Source: an uncultured virus (IMG/VR IMGVR_UViG_3300033144_007571) (taxonomy: Duplodnaviria > Heunggongvirae > Uroviricota > Caudoviricetes). Taken from it: a stretch of DNA of 64,000 bases. This document shows positions 47,384 through 57,781 of the stretch, in pieces (within the stretch, counting starts at the first letter, position 1; every line of letters begins with the position of its first letter). The position numbers were made by a program, and so were the translations under genes. The notes below the pieces were generated by a model, which searched no databases, was not told the origin of the DNA, and saw only the letters and a list, made by a program, of their open reading frames with translations. The DNA lies in IMG/VR virus record IMGVR_UViG_3300033144_007571. One strand, written 5' to 3'.

Positions 47384-48163
47384 GTGAAAGAATCAGCATA
47401 TTTGTTTGGTCCATTCATAGGAGAACTGTATTGGGAATTATATAGATTTGCCCCCTATGCAATGCATATGAAAAAAACACATCCAGAAGAATCTCTTATT
47501 GTTTTTACAAGACCTTCTCGGTTTGACTTATATGGAAGATATGCTGATGTTCTTGTGCCATTAAAGCTTAATGGAGATATTGTAGAAAAACAAGAATGTT
47601 TTAAATTAAATGGAGTATCATTAGAAGACTATAAATTTATAGCTCATTTTTTAAAATCCAAATATAAAAAAAAGTATAATATAGTAGGACATTTCTATCC
47701 AAATATTTTGTGGAGATATAATGTTAAATGGCAGTTTCCTAGACATTTGATGAATTATGATTTTCTTCCTAGAAAGGGTAATGAAATAATTGTAAATTCT
47801 CTATATGGGGATTCTACTGCCCTTATTCTTATTGATAAGAAAGATTCTACTACAATAGATAATTTAGAATATGAGCTTATATCTATAGATGTTTTTTCAT
47901 CAATTATAAGAAAACATACAAAAACAAAAGATTCAGTTTCTCTTATTGGTTGTTTAATTGAACTAATACGAAAGGTAAAATTTGTAGTGGGAGATATGGA
48001 TTCAACTACTTCTAAATTGGCTCTACTTTTGAAAAAACCTTTAATTTCTGTTAATGAAACCATGGATTATGATTCTATATCATTATTAAATCCTTTTGAT
48101 ACCCCTGTTATAAATTGTAAAAACTTAAAGGAAGGAGTTGAGATATATGAGAATAACATTTGA
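47384..48163 (+). CDS. GT-B-like putative glycosyltransferase (paralog of 46239)
   Basis: GPFIGELYWE, RFDLYG, LVPLK, ECF shared. Confidence 0.6.
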   Translation: MKESAYLFGPFIGELYWELYRFAPYAMHMKKTHPEESLIVFTRPSRFDLYGRYADVLVPLKLNGDIVEKQECFKLNGVSLEDYKFIAHFLKSKYKKKYNIVGHFYPNILWRYNVKWQFPRHLMNYDFLPRKGNEIIVNSLYGDSTALILIDKKDSTTIDNLEYELISIDVFSSIIRKHTKTKDSVSLIGCLIELIRKVKFVVGDMDSTTSKLALLLKKPLISVNETMDYDSISLLNPFDTPVINCKNLKEGVEIYENNI

Positions 48164-49142
48164 TCTTAGAAGAGTGGGATTGGGAAATAATGGAGGATCA
48201 TCAACTTTAGTGAAGTCTGGAAATACTTTAGTTGATATGGGGCATGAAGTTATATTTGTTGATAGTATGAAAAATAAGTATAAATGGACTCCATTAAAAG
48301 CTAAACATATGGTAAGGCAGGATAATAAAAATTTACCTGATGCAGATGTTATAATTGCTTCTGGTTATAAGTCTGTATCGAGGACAATGAAATCACCATC
48401 TGGATGTGGAATTAAATCTCATTGGATTAGAGCATGGGAATATTGGCAATATTCTGAGAAAGACATAATTGATAGAGTTTTAAAACCTGATACTGTTAAA
48501 CTAGTTAATAGTATTTGTCTTCAAGATAAATTAAAAAAATATGGAGTTGATTCACATATTATCAGACCAGGATATGATTTTGATCAACTATATCCAATTC
48601 CTAATTATAGAAAAAAGGGAAGAGTTGTTATCGGTGGTTTATATCGTGCTGGCACTCACGGAAGAAGAAAACGAACACAATGGTTATTTGAGGCTGCTAA
48701 TCATTTAAAAAGAAAGAACTCAAATGTAGAATTTTGGTTATTTGGGTCTGAAGCTGATCCTGGGAACTCGATTATTGATATATATCTTAGAAGTCCTTCA
48801 ATGGAAGATAAAAATAAATTTTATAATAGTGTTGATATATGGATGGCCCCTACTCAATCAGAAGGTTTACACTTACCTCCAGCAGAAGCTATGATGACTG
48901 GGTGCCCTGTTGTTTCAACCAATGCTGAACTGTCTGGAACTCAAGATTATGTGTTGGATAGTCGTACTGGTCTTGTATCAAAAAATGACATCTCCTCATT
49001 TATAAACTGCATCGAATGGTTGATTGCTAATAGTAAGATGAGACGAATTATGGGAAAAGCTGCTATAAAAAAGATTCATGAATTAGGTGATAGAAAAGTA
49101 AATATGCAAAAATTGGTTGATCTTTTTACGGAGTTAAAATGA
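48147..49142 (+). CDS. GT4-family glycosyltransferase (start revised)
   Basis: SEGLHLPPAEAMMTGCPVV. Confidence 0.85.
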   Translation: MRITFDLRRVGLGNNGGSSTLVKSGNTLVDMGHEVIFVDSMKNKYKWTPLKAKHMVRQDNKNLPDADVIIASGYKSVSRTMKSPSGCGIKSHWIRAWEYWQYSEKDIIDRVLKPDTVKLVNSICLQDKLKKYGVDSHIIRPGYDFDQLYPIPNYRKKGRVVIGGLYRAGTHGRRKRTQWLFEAANHLKRKNSNVEFWLFGSEADPGNSIIDIYLRSPSMEDKNKFYNSVDIWMAPTQSEGLHLPPAEAMMTGCPVVSTNAELSGTQDYVLDSRTGLVSKNDISSFINCIEWLIANSKMRRIMGKAAIKKIHELGDRKVNMQKLVDLFTELK

Positions 49143-49957
49143 AAATATATACAGTTAAAGAGATATTAAATAAGCTAGAAAATTGTATTGAATACAAAAA
49201 ATCATTTTCACATATTCGTTTTGGAGATGGTGGTGTTAAATTTTTACATTCTATATTATATGGAGATATAGATCAATTAAAAATTATAGTTAAAAAGGAA
49301 GGTCTCCCTAGATCTGAAATTGTAAAAATATTTGAATTGTGGGGATATTTTGCTAGGCGTGCTGATTTTATTGATACTCCAGAGGTATATTTTACTGGAG
49401 AGTTTTGGCCAAGATTAAGAAAACCAACGAAGGGGATAACAGATAAAACTGCAGCTAGATTAATGATGTGGAAAGAATTATATAACTCTTCTGAATTTGA
49501 TAATGAAAATTATTGTAATCCTGAGTCGAACTATTTAATGATTTTAAGAAGGGAGGGAAAAAGAAATCTATTGGATGTGATGAAGGGAAGGAAAATTTGT
49601 CTTATAACAGTTTTTCCAGAAATCAAGGAAGTTCTAAGGGGTTATGATATTGATATACTAAAAATTGCTGGTCATTTCGAGAATCAGTATGATAAATCAT
49701 TTGAAAATATTGTTAGTATAATAAAAAAGACAGCAAGTCAATATGATTTATGGTTAGTAGCTGCTGGAGAACTTGGAAGAATATATTCAGGTATTATAAA
49801 AGAATGTGGTGGGCGAACAATAGATATTGGGTTTGTTATTGAATTTTTTCTTGGTCAACCTTTGCATCCACGATTGAAATTGTTTATGGAGAGGAGTATG
49901 AATCCATTAGAGTTAGTATTAACTAATGAAGGAAAAAAATATGATAAATATATTTAG
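49139..49957 (+). CDS. GT-D fold (DUF1792-like) glycosyltransferase
   Basis: SHIRFGDG, LVAAGELG, TIDIG. Confidence 0.7.
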   Translation: MKIYTVKEILNKLENCIEYKKSFSHIRFGDGGVKFLHSILYGDIDQLKIIVKKEGLPRSEIVKIFELWGYFARRADFIDTPEVYFTGEFWPRLRKPTKGITDKTAARLMMWKELYNSSEFDNENYCNPESNYLMILRREGKRNLLDVMKGRKICLITVFPEIKEVLRGYDIDILKIAGHFENQYDKSFENIVSIIKKTASQYDLWLVAAGELGRIYSGIIKECGGRTIDIGFVIEFFLGQPLHPRLKLFMERSMNPLELVLTNEGKKYDKYI

Positions 49958-49969
49958 GAGACTAAAACC

Positions 49970-50881
49970 TTGAAGCTCATAATTCCAGTTGAGTCTATCT
50001 TTCAGAAGAAGGGCGGCTTGATTATATATGATCCTGACCACAATAAAATCTTGAAGCAATACGTTCATGATAAAAAATGGGAGTTTCATAGAGTTGGATG
50101 GAGGGGTGGTGTATTATATGGAGAGTGTTTTATAGCAACAGATTGGACTGATCTCCATTATTTTGATATTAAGAATTGGAAGTATATGAGAACATTCAAG
50201 AAAAATACATTTAATGATTTACACTATTTAGAAATATATAATGATAAATTATTTGTTGTAAACACAGGTCTTGATGCTATTGAAGTTTTTAAAAATCCAT
50301 TAAGACCTGTGTTTGAAAAGATTGAATTTATATTTAAAAAGAATAAAATGTTTAAAAATAGAAAGATAGATTTACATAAGGATTACAATAAAAGACTGAA
50401 AATAAAACCCCATTCTTGTCATCCAAATTGTATATCATTTCAAAATAAAAAGATATTTGTCAATTGTTTTGGAAAGGAACAAAAGCGTGGCACTGGAGAA
50501 GTGATAGAGCTAAATTCTGGAAAAAAGGTTCTTTCAAGATCATATGATTGTCATGATGGCATCTTTTATAAAGGAGATTATTTTTTAACATGGACACGAC
50601 ATGCAACTGTTATTCAAGTTAGGGATTTAGCAAATAAAAAATTTCCTTTTAAAAGTCCAGGTGAAATGATACGAATTAAAGCAAGAGGGTGGTGGAGAGG
50701 AATGACTATTGCAAATGATAAAATATATGTTTTTGCTAGCGATGGTTATAAGAAATCAAAAAGAACTACTAGGATTAGAATAATAGATTTAAAAACTAAA
50801 GAAGTTAAGGGTTGGAGAATACCAGTCAAAGATGGTGTGCACTGGGATACAATTTATCAACCAAATATTTTGGAGTACTAA
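49970..50881 (+). CDS. Beta-propeller protein in glycan cluster
   Basis: NDLHYL, VVNTGLD, CHPNCI, CHDG, GWWRGM repeats. Confidence 0.6.
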   Translation: MKLIIPVESIFQKKGGLIIYDPDHNKILKQYVHDKKWEFHRVGWRGGVLYGECFIATDWTDLHYFDIKNWKYMRTFKKNTFNDLHYLEIYNDKLFVVNTGLDAIEVFKNPLRPVFEKIEFIFKKNKMFKNRKIDLHKDYNKRLKIKPHSCHPNCISFQNKKIFVNCFGKEQKRGTGEVIELNSGKKVLSRSYDCHDGIFYKGDYFLTWTRHATVIQVRDLANKKFPFKSPGEMIRIKARGWWRGMTIANDKIYVFASDGYKKSKRTTRIRIIDLKTKEVKGWRIPVKDGVHWDTIYQPNILEY

Positions 50882-50883
50882 AC

Positions 50884-51639
50884 ATGAAATTTCCTGATTT
50901 TGTTATTATAGGGGCAGCTAAATGTGGGACCACAGCGTTGTGGATGAATCTTGATAAACATCCGGAAATAAATATGGGGCGAAAGGGATATAGTTCAATT
51001 GAGGTGCATTTTTGGGGATATAAGTTTTGGAGTAAGGGGTTTGATTGGTATAAAAATTTGTTTGATGGACCAATATGTGGAGAAAAGAGTGTTGATTATT
51101 GGATTAGTCGAAAGTCTTTAAGACTAATGAAGCAGCACATTCCAAATGTAAAATTAATTTTATGTGTTAGGAATCCAGTCGACCGGGCATATTCTAATTA
51201 TCAAATGCACCAGAGAGCAAACAAAGTTGGAAAATTTACATTTGAGCTATTTAAAAGACAATACGCAAGAAAGGGAAAATATGATAATCATATTCAGAAT
51301 AATATTTTGAATTTTTTTGATAAGGATCAATTATATGTTTGTGTAGCAGATCATATGAAAAACAATACTACAGAAGAGATGAGAAAATTATTTAAGTTTT
51401 TGGGAGCTAAGGATTTAATACTACCAACAAAAGAAGTTCCTGGTGATAGAACTAAGAGAGCTCCAACTTTGGGACAAGATATTGATTTAAATAGAAAACA
51501 GAAGTTTTTTAGAGTATGGACTAAGGGACAAAATACATTAACTGGGTCAATGAGAAAAAGGTTATTAGAATTTTATAAACCTCATAATAAAAAGCTCTTT
51601 GATTATTTGGGTTATGAAATAAAGGAGTGGAAAAAATAG
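50884..51639 (+). CDS. PAPS-dependent sulfotransferase, heparan-sulfate-ST-like (start revised)
   Basis: PDFVIIGAAKCGTT (5'-PSB), GEKS, RNPVDRAYS (3'-PB), FYKPHN. Confidence 0.9.
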   Translation: MKFPDFVIIGAAKCGTTALWMNLDKHPEINMGRKGYSSIEVHFWGYKFWSKGFDWYKNLFDGPICGEKSVDYWISRKSLRLMKQHIPNVKLILCVRNPVDRAYSNYQMHQRANKVGKFTFELFKRQYARKGKYDNHIQNNILNFFDKDQLYVCVADHMKNNTTEEMRKLFKFLGAKDLILPTKEVPGDRTKRAPTLGQDIDLNRKQKFFRVWTKGQNTLTGSMRKRLLEFYKPHNKKLFDYLGYEIKEWKK

Positions 51640-52427
51640 TGCTAATACATACATATTTTACAGATGGTTTTTACAGATTTGGAAAGATTTTTATCGAATC
51701 TTTTAAGGTATTTCATGGTGAAGAGATGCCAATGGTCATCACAACAAGAAACCTGAATCGTCAGCAATTAAGGGAGTTAAAATCTCTTTATAAAAATTTA
51801 ACCATTCTTAACAAAAAGATTAACATGGAGAATATTAGTAAAAGAACTGGAAAAAGTGTTGAAACTTTAAAAAAGCTCAAGCACGAAATTGAGTTTCATC
51901 ATGTTAGATGGAAGAAGGGAAATGTAATATGGAAACAATATATTTCTGTAGAGGATAGATATAGAACTTCGATAACAGAAGCAATGCATTATAAGGGAGA
52001 TGAAGAATTTATGATGCATATAGATGCTGACAGTTATATAAGAAAGAGTTTAGATCCTATCTTTAAAATTATTAAAGAAAATGATATAACTCTTATTTTT
52101 AGATTAGATAGACCAAAGATTAATAGAAAGATTTTTGGATCACTGGTGGGATTTAAATTAGGAAAAAGAGCTGATTTATTTATGAGAAAATGGATTAAGC
52201 ATATTGATGCTAAGAGTTTAAAAGATAAACCAATCGGATATGGTCAAACCTCTTGTTATTTAGCATATGATGAGCTAAAAGATATTGGAATAGAATGGGG
52301 AACAATTCCAAAGAAATGGGTTAAATCTAATTTAAATGAACAATCTCTTATTTGGTCAGGTAATAGTTCTAGAGGTAAAACAATGACTTTAAATATTTTT
52401 GAGAAGGACTTCAGGAGGAAAAAATGA
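51627..52427 (+). CDS. GT-A nucleotide-diphospho-sugar transferase
   Basis: HIDADSYI DxD motif; YGQTSCY; paralog of 53685. Confidence 0.65.
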   Translation: MEKIVLIHTYFTDGFYRFGKIFIESFKVFHGEEMPMVITTRNLNRQQLRELKSLYKNLTILNKKINMENISKRTGKSVETLKKLKHEIEFHHVRWKKGNVIWKQYISVEDRYRTSITEAMHYKGDEEFMMHIDADSYIRKSLDPIFKIIKENDITLIFRLDRPKINRKIFGSLVGFKLGKRADLFMRKWIKHIDAKSLKDKPIGYGQTSCYLAYDELKDIGIEWGTIPKKWVKSNLNEQSLIWSGNSSRGKTMTLNIFEKDFRRKK

Positions 52428-53140
52428 TAATACATAATAAATATATCTTTGTTCATTTAACAAAAACTGGAGGAACCTTTGTAAGAGAATTTTTAAAGAA
52501 ATATATTCAAGGGCATATAATACAACTTCAAGGAAAATCAATACAAAAGCATGGTCCTTTATCTGATATTTCAGATTCTGTTCTTGAGAGTAGACCTACA
52601 TTTGGGTTTATTCGTAACCCATTGGATTTCTATATTTCTCTATGGGCAGCAAATATAACAAAAAGAGCAACTAAACATAGACCTGACAGAAAAAAGTGGT
52701 TTAAAGATGTCGAAGTGAAAAAGGATCCAAATAAGTTTATTAATTTTCTGATAAACAAAGCAACTTCTAATGTGAATTATTTTGATTTTCCATTGATGCA
52801 TAAACTTGATATTGGAGTATTAACATATAGATATTTATATTTATACTATAATCATGATATATTTAAGGAACCAAATTGGGTAAAAAAACATAAAAAATAT
52901 AAGTTGGTTGATCATGTTCTTTTGTTTGAAGATGGGTTGGCAAAGTCTTTGGATAACCTATTTGAACATCATATTTTTCCTCTTAATAAGATACAGAAAA
53001 AAGCGCTTTATAAATACCCACAGAGGAATAAATCTAAACATAGTTATTTTATGGATTATTATGATAAGAAAACTATTGAGCTTGTTCAACATAAAGATAG
53101 ATTTATATTCTATCGACATTATCGTGACTTATTAGATTGA
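52424..53140 (+). CDS. Sulfotransferase (Sulfotransfer_2-like)
   Basis: IFVHLTKTGGT, FIRNPLDFYIS, NKSKH..FMDYYD. Confidence 0.85.
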   Translation: MIIHNKYIFVHLTKTGGTFVREFLKKYIQGHIIQLQGKSIQKHGPLSDISDSVLESRPTFGFIRNPLDFYISLWAANITKRATKHRPDRKKWFKDVEVKKDPNKFINFLINKATSNVNYFDFPLMHKLDIGVLTYRYLYLYYNHDIFKEPNWVKKHKKYKLVDHVLLFEDGLAKSLDNLFEHHIFPLNKIQKKALYKYPQRNKSKHSYFMDYYDKKTIELVQHKDRFIFYRHYRDLLD

Positions 53141-53151
53141 ATGGAGGAAAG

Positions 53152-53688
53152 ATGGTAAAAGAAGAAGAGAAGCGGTGGACTTATATGGTAAGACTATTAA
53201 GTAATTTTCCCCATGAAATAGGTGCAGAAATTGGAGTATGGAGAGGAACTTTTACATTGAATCTGTTGCGTGGATTACCAGGAATAAAGACGTATCATTG
53301 TGTAGATATATGGAAACATTATGATGGCCATACAGAAACTTTAAATCCACAAGGAAAAATGGCGAGATCCGATATGAATAAAGTGTTTCTAGAGTTTAAA
53401 CGAAAGGCGAAACCTTTTATAGATAAACTTATTATACATAGAATGAAAAGTATTGAAGCAGCAGATCATGTTGCAGATGATAGTTTAGATTGGGTGTTTA
53501 TAGACGCTAATCATGCATATGAATATGCATTAGAGGATATAAAGGTATGGACTCCAAAAGTCAAAAAGGGTGGTATAGTATCAGGTCATGATTATGGGAA
53601 TGATAGATTTGGAGTAACACAAGCAGTTAATGAATCTTTTGATGATTTTAAGTTAGGTAGTAATTATGTATGGTGGTTAATAAAATGA
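53152..53688 (+). CDS. SAM-dependent O-methyltransferase (Methyltransf_24-like; start revised)
   Basis: GAEIGVWRG, VFIDANHAYE, GGIVSGHDY. Confidence 0.85.
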   Translation: MVKEEEKRWTYMVRLLSNFPHEIGAEIGVWRGTFTLNLLRGLPGIKTYHCVDIWKHYDGHTETLNPQGKMARSDMNKVFLEFKRKAKPFIDKLIIHRMKSIEAADHVADDSLDWVFIDANHAYEYALEDIKVWTPKVKKGGIVSGHDYGNDRFGVTQAVNESFDDFKLGSNYVWWLIK

Positions 53689-54494
53689 TAATACATTCTA
53701 CTTTTACAAATGGATATTATGAATTTTCTAAGTTGTTTTTGCGCTCTTTCAAAACTTCTAATGGAGAAAACTTAAAAATAGTTTTTACAACATTTGATTT
53801 AACTTCTGATGAAATGACTGAACTGAAGAGAATTTATTCTAATCTTATAATTCATAATAAAAAGTTTAATTATAAAGAGATATGTAAAGAGTTGAATATA
53901 ACAGTCAAACAAGCAAAAGATTTACAGTATAAAGTAGAGCATGAACATGCAAGGAAAAATACATCCAGACCAAAGTGGAAAATGCATGTTGCTGCGGAGA
54001 ACCGAGTGAAAATAGATATACCATTCATTATGAAAAAATATGAATCAGAGGAATTGATAGCACATTTTGATATAGATATGTATTTCAAAAAATCGTTAGA
54101 TTCTATGTTTAAGATAATGGAAGAAAATGATTTTACAATTATGTATAGGCCTTCCATGAAAAAAGACTGGCGAAAAGTTTGGATGTGTGCTATGGGAATT
54201 AAAACCAATAATATTCATGCTTCTAATTTTATAAGTGAGTGGGGAAAAGAGCTTGATAAAATACCTTTAAGAAATAAACCGTTTGCTTATGGGCAGACTT
54301 CTTGTTATAATGCATATGTTAGATTTTTAAAGGAATCTAAGATAAAATTTGGGAATATACCAGAAAAATATATTGTGGCTGGTTTTGATGGGACAGAAGA
54401 TGCTCTTATTGTTTCTGGAAATAAATCTGCAGTTGGAAAAGATAGATATGTAAGGAGATTTAATGCAGATTTGAAAAAGAGGATTTTAAAATGA
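53685..54494 (+). CDS. GT-A nucleotide-diphospho-sugar transferase (start revised)
   Basis: HFDIDMYF, YGQTSCY. Confidence 0.65.
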   Translation: MIIHSTFTNGYYEFSKLFLRSFKTSNGENLKIVFTTFDLTSDEMTELKRIYSNLIIHNKKFNYKEICKELNITVKQAKDLQYKVEHEHARKNTSRPKWKMHVAAENRVKIDIPFIMKKYESEELIAHFDIDMYFKKSLDSMFKIMEENDFTIMYRPSMKKDWRKVWMCAMGIKTNNIHASNFISEWGKELDKIPLRNKPFAYGQTSCYNAYVRFLKESKIKFGNIPEKYIVAGFDGTEDALIVSGNKSAVGKDRYVRRFNADLKKRILK

Positions 54495-55114
54495 AAAATA
54501 AAAAAAAGAAATTTGGTGGAGTTTGGAGATTAGAAGAAGAGGTTCCTTGGTTGACAAAAAAATCAGTTGAGTTCATACAAAAAAATATAACTAAACATCA
54601 TAATGTTTTAGAGTTTGGTTCTGGCGCAAGCACTATATTTTTTGCTAGAAATTGTAATAAAGTTATTTCTTTTGAAAGTGGAGGATATAGTGTGAGAGTA
54701 AATAATTTGAATAGATCATTACTCTGGTATCAAAGACTTATAGAAAAGATGGAAAAATTTAAAATTAAAAACGTGGAACTATATTTGATACAGGGATATC
54801 CTGCATCCTCTATAGTTTATGATCATATATTAAACTCTTTACCAAATGATTTTTTTAATTGGGTTTTAGTAGACGGAAGTAACAGAAATTTATGTATAGA
54901 AAGAGGTATAGAGAAACTAGTTATAGGAGGGTATTTAATTATAGATAATTATGATCATCTTCCTGAAAAGAAATTTCTAACTGATATGAAATTATATATG
55001 AAGAACGAATATTGTATAGAAACAATGGATAAATTATTAGATGGTTGGGAGAGATTCAAATTTGATCAGAAAGATTGGCCAGGTTTGGGTACAATTATAT
55101 TTAAAAAACCATAA
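54491..55114 (+). CDS. SAM-dependent methyltransferase
   Basis: PWLT, VLEFGSGAST, VLVDGSNR, GGYLIIDN. Confidence 0.8.
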   Translation: MKNKKKKFGGVWRLEEEVPWLTKKSVEFIQKNITKHHNVLEFGSGASTIFFARNCNKVISFESGGYSVRVNNLNRSLLWYQRLIEKMEKFKIKNVELYLIQGYPASSIVYDHILNSLPNDFFNWVLVDGSNRNLCIERGIEKLVIGGYLIIDNYDHLPEKKFLTDMKLYMKNEYCIETMDKLLDGWERFKFDQKDWPGLGTIIFKKP

Positions 55115-55123
55115 GGAATAAAA

Positions 55124-55651
55124 ATGGCAATTAGAAAGATAACTATTAAATACATACAAGAAATGATAGATCTTGTTGGATTTAAAATGAAGAACCTTAG
55201 AATGTGTGAACTAGGAAATCAACTCATTATGGATAATTATGTACCCTTTAAAGTTGCGAAGAAATATTATGAATCACTTGGTGTTATACATACTTCAATT
55301 GATTGGAATGGTGAAGATGGAGCATTACCTCTTGATCTCAATAATCCTATTTCTATTGGTAAGTTTGATGTAATTACAAGCGTTGGTTTTATTGAGCATG
55401 TTAAAAACGAAGAACAATTAAATGAAAATATACATAACTTAACTGTTGATGGTGGTATTATTATTCATATTGCCCCAAAGGTGGGAAGTTATAAAAAACA
55501 TAAATGTCATAGATGGTATGTTGAAGACTTTTTTTATGATCTTGCTAAAGAAAGAAACTATGAAATATTAGATATGGGAATTATTAATCCAAAGAATATG
55601 AAAAGTTTTGATTGTATTAGATGTACTTTAAAGAAACTGGGGGAAAAATGA
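55124..55651 (+). CDS. SAM-dependent methyltransferase
   Basis: MCELGNQ, SIDWNG, FDVITSVGFIEHV. Confidence 0.75.
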   Translation: MAIRKITIKYIQEMIDLVGFKMKNLRMCELGNQLIMDNYVPFKVAKKYYESLGVIHTSIDWNGEDGALPLDLNNPISIGKFDVITSVGFIEHVKNEEQLNENIHNLTVDGGIIIHIAPKVGSYKKHKCHRWYVEDFFYDLAKERNYEILDMGIINPKNMKSFDCIRCTLKKLGEK

Positions 55652-56586
55652 AATATTTAATAACTGGCGGCTCGGGTTTTATTGGAACAAATTTAATTTT
55701 AAAGCTTTTAGAATTAGGCCACGAAGTAACTACTATAGATAAAGAAGACTTAAATGATGCTGTGCGTGGAGGTGTGATACATCTATTTGCTGATGTTAGT
55801 AAAGATGACTTAACTCCATGGTATGAGAAACAAGATGTAGTTATTCATTTAGCAGCACAAAGCGGAGTAGTACCTTCTATTGAAGATCCAGAGTATAATT
55901 TTCATAACAATGTTTTAGGGACTTTTAACTGTTTGGAATCTACAAGAAAAGCTGGAGTAACAAGATTTGTATTCGCATCTTCGGGTGGAACTGTTGTTGG
56001 AGATTGTGATCCTCCTCTACATGAAGAGTTAGTTCCCAAACCTAGAACTCCATACGGTTGTAGTAAATTATGTGGAGAAGCATATTGTATGGCATATTCT
56101 GCTACATATGGAATAGATGCTGTAGCTTTAAGGTTTTCTAATGTATATGGTCCTCATTCATTAGCTAAAACTCACAACTTAATTCCTTCGTTTATAATGA
56201 ACGCTATTGAAGATAAAGTATGTACAATTTATGGAGATGGATCATTTAAAAAAGATTATATTTATGTTGAGGATTTGATTCAAGGTATCATACTGGCTTC
56301 TATATCTGAAGGGGTAGCAGGAGAAGTTATTCAAATTGCTACTGGTGCTGGAAATGATGTAAAAACAATTTTTGATATTATAGAAACATTAGCAGCGAAT
56401 ATTTGTAAGAGAAAATTAAAAGTTGAATATGGCGAAAGTAGATCTGGAGATATTAACTATGATTACTGTGATATTAGTAAAGCTGAACGAATTCTTAAGT
56501 ATTCTCCTAAGCATAATGTATATGATGGGATTGTGAAAACTTTTGAATGGTATACAAAAAATTATGGAGGAAATAAGAATGGATAA
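55648..56586 (+). CDS. NAD-dependent nucleotide-sugar epimerase/dehydratase (start revised)
   Basis: ITGGSGFIG, HLAA, FASS, YGCSK, RFSNVYGP. Confidence 0.9.
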   Translation: MKYLITGGSGFIGTNLILKLLELGHEVTTIDKEDLNDAVRGGVIHLFADVSKDDLTPWYEKQDVVIHLAAQSGVVPSIEDPEYNFHNNVLGTFNCLESTRKAGVTRFVFASSGGTVVGDCDPPLHEELVPKPRTPYGCSKLCGEAYCMAYSATYGIDAVALRFSNVYGPHSLAKTHNLIPSFIMNAIEDKVCTIYGDGSFKKDYIYVEDLIQGIILASISEGVAGEVIQIATGAGNDVKTIFDIIETLAANICKRKLKVEYGESRSGDINYDYCDISKAERILKYSPKHNVYDGIVKTFEWYTKNYGGNKNG

Positions 56587-57781
56587 TATAATTGTTTTTG
56601 GGGGAGATGGTTTTTGTGGATGGCCAACTAGTTTGGGACTTTCTGCTCTCGGTTATAATATAACTATTGTTGATAACTTAGTTCGTAGAAAAACAGATAT
56701 TGAATTGGCATGTGATTCTCTTACTCCAATAAAATCTATTTATAAAAGACTTGAAACATGGAAAAGAATAACAGGCAAAACAATCCATTTTGAATATATT
56801 GATGTAGCAGATCATTATCATCGAGTTTTAACATTAATACAAGATCTCAAACCGAAAGCTATAGTTCATTTTGCTGAGCAACGAGCTGCACCTTATTCAA
56901 TGAAATCTCCTTTTCATAAACGATATACTGTAAATAATAATGTTAATGCTACTAATAATATTTTATGTGCTATTGTTGAGTCTGGTATTGATGTTCATAT
57001 GGTTCATTTAGGAACAACTGGATACTATGGATACTCTTCAGTAGGAATGAAAATTCCTGAAGGGTATTTAAAAGTTAGAGTTGATGTTGAAGGAGTTGAA
57101 AAAGAATTAGAAATTATGTATCCTCCACACCCTGGTTCAATTTATCATATGACGAAATGTCAAGATGCTATTATGTTTTATTACTACAATAAAAATGATG
57201 GAGTACGCATTACAGATTTACATCAAGGAATTGTTTGGGGTACTGAAACAGATGAGACAAAAATAGATGATAATCTTATTAACAGGTTTGATTATGATGG
57301 AGATTATGGAACAGTTTTAAACAGATTTTTAATGCAAGCTGCTGTTGGTCATCCATTGACAGTTCACGGTACAGGAGGACAAACTCGAGCATTTATACAT
57401 ATAAAAGATACTGTTAAGTGTGTAAAGATGGCAATAGAAAATCCCCCTGAAAAAGAGGACAAAGTTAAAATATTTAATCAGACTTCAGAATGTTTAAATA
57501 TAAAAGATTTGGCATTGAAAATACAATCAATGACTAGATCTCAAGTTAGATATTATAAAAATCCAAGAAATGAAGATCCAAAAAATGATCTTGAATTTGT
57601 GAATGAGGGGTTTAAAAGTTTGGGGTGGAATCCAATTATGTTGGATGATGGTCTTATGATTGAAATAAATCAGATTGCAAAAAAATATAGTGGTAGATGT
57701 GATAAATCGAAGATTATTGCTACATCTGTTTGGAAAGAAGGAATGGATGTTGATAGAGTAGGTAGTGAGGTTGAGGTTTAA
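56579..57781 (+). CDS. sqdB: UDP-sulfoquinovose synthase (start revised)
   Basis: GGDGFCGWPT, HFAEQRAAPYSMKS, PGSIYHMTK, TDLHQGIVWG, NRFDYDGDYGTVLNRF, GTGGQTRAFIHI. Confidence 0.92.
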   Translation: MDNIIVFGGDGFCGWPTSLGLSALGYNITIVDNLVRRKTDIELACDSLTPIKSIYKRLETWKRITGKTIHFEYIDVADHYHRVLTLIQDLKPKAIVHFAEQRAAPYSMKSPFHKRYTVNNNVNATNNILCAIVESGIDVHMVHLGTTGYYGYSSVGMKIPEGYLKVRVDVEGVEKELEIMYPPHPGSIYHMTKCQDAIMFYYYNKNDGVRITDLHQGIVWGTETDETKIDDNLINRFDYDGDYGTVLNRFLMQAAVGHPLTVHGTGGQTRAFIHIKDTVKCVKMAIENPPEKEDKVKIFNQTSECLNIKDLALKIQSMTRSQVRYYKNPRNEDPKNDLEFVNEGFKSLGWNPIMLDDGLMIEINQIAKKYSGRCDKSKIIATSVWKEGMDVDRVGSEVEV

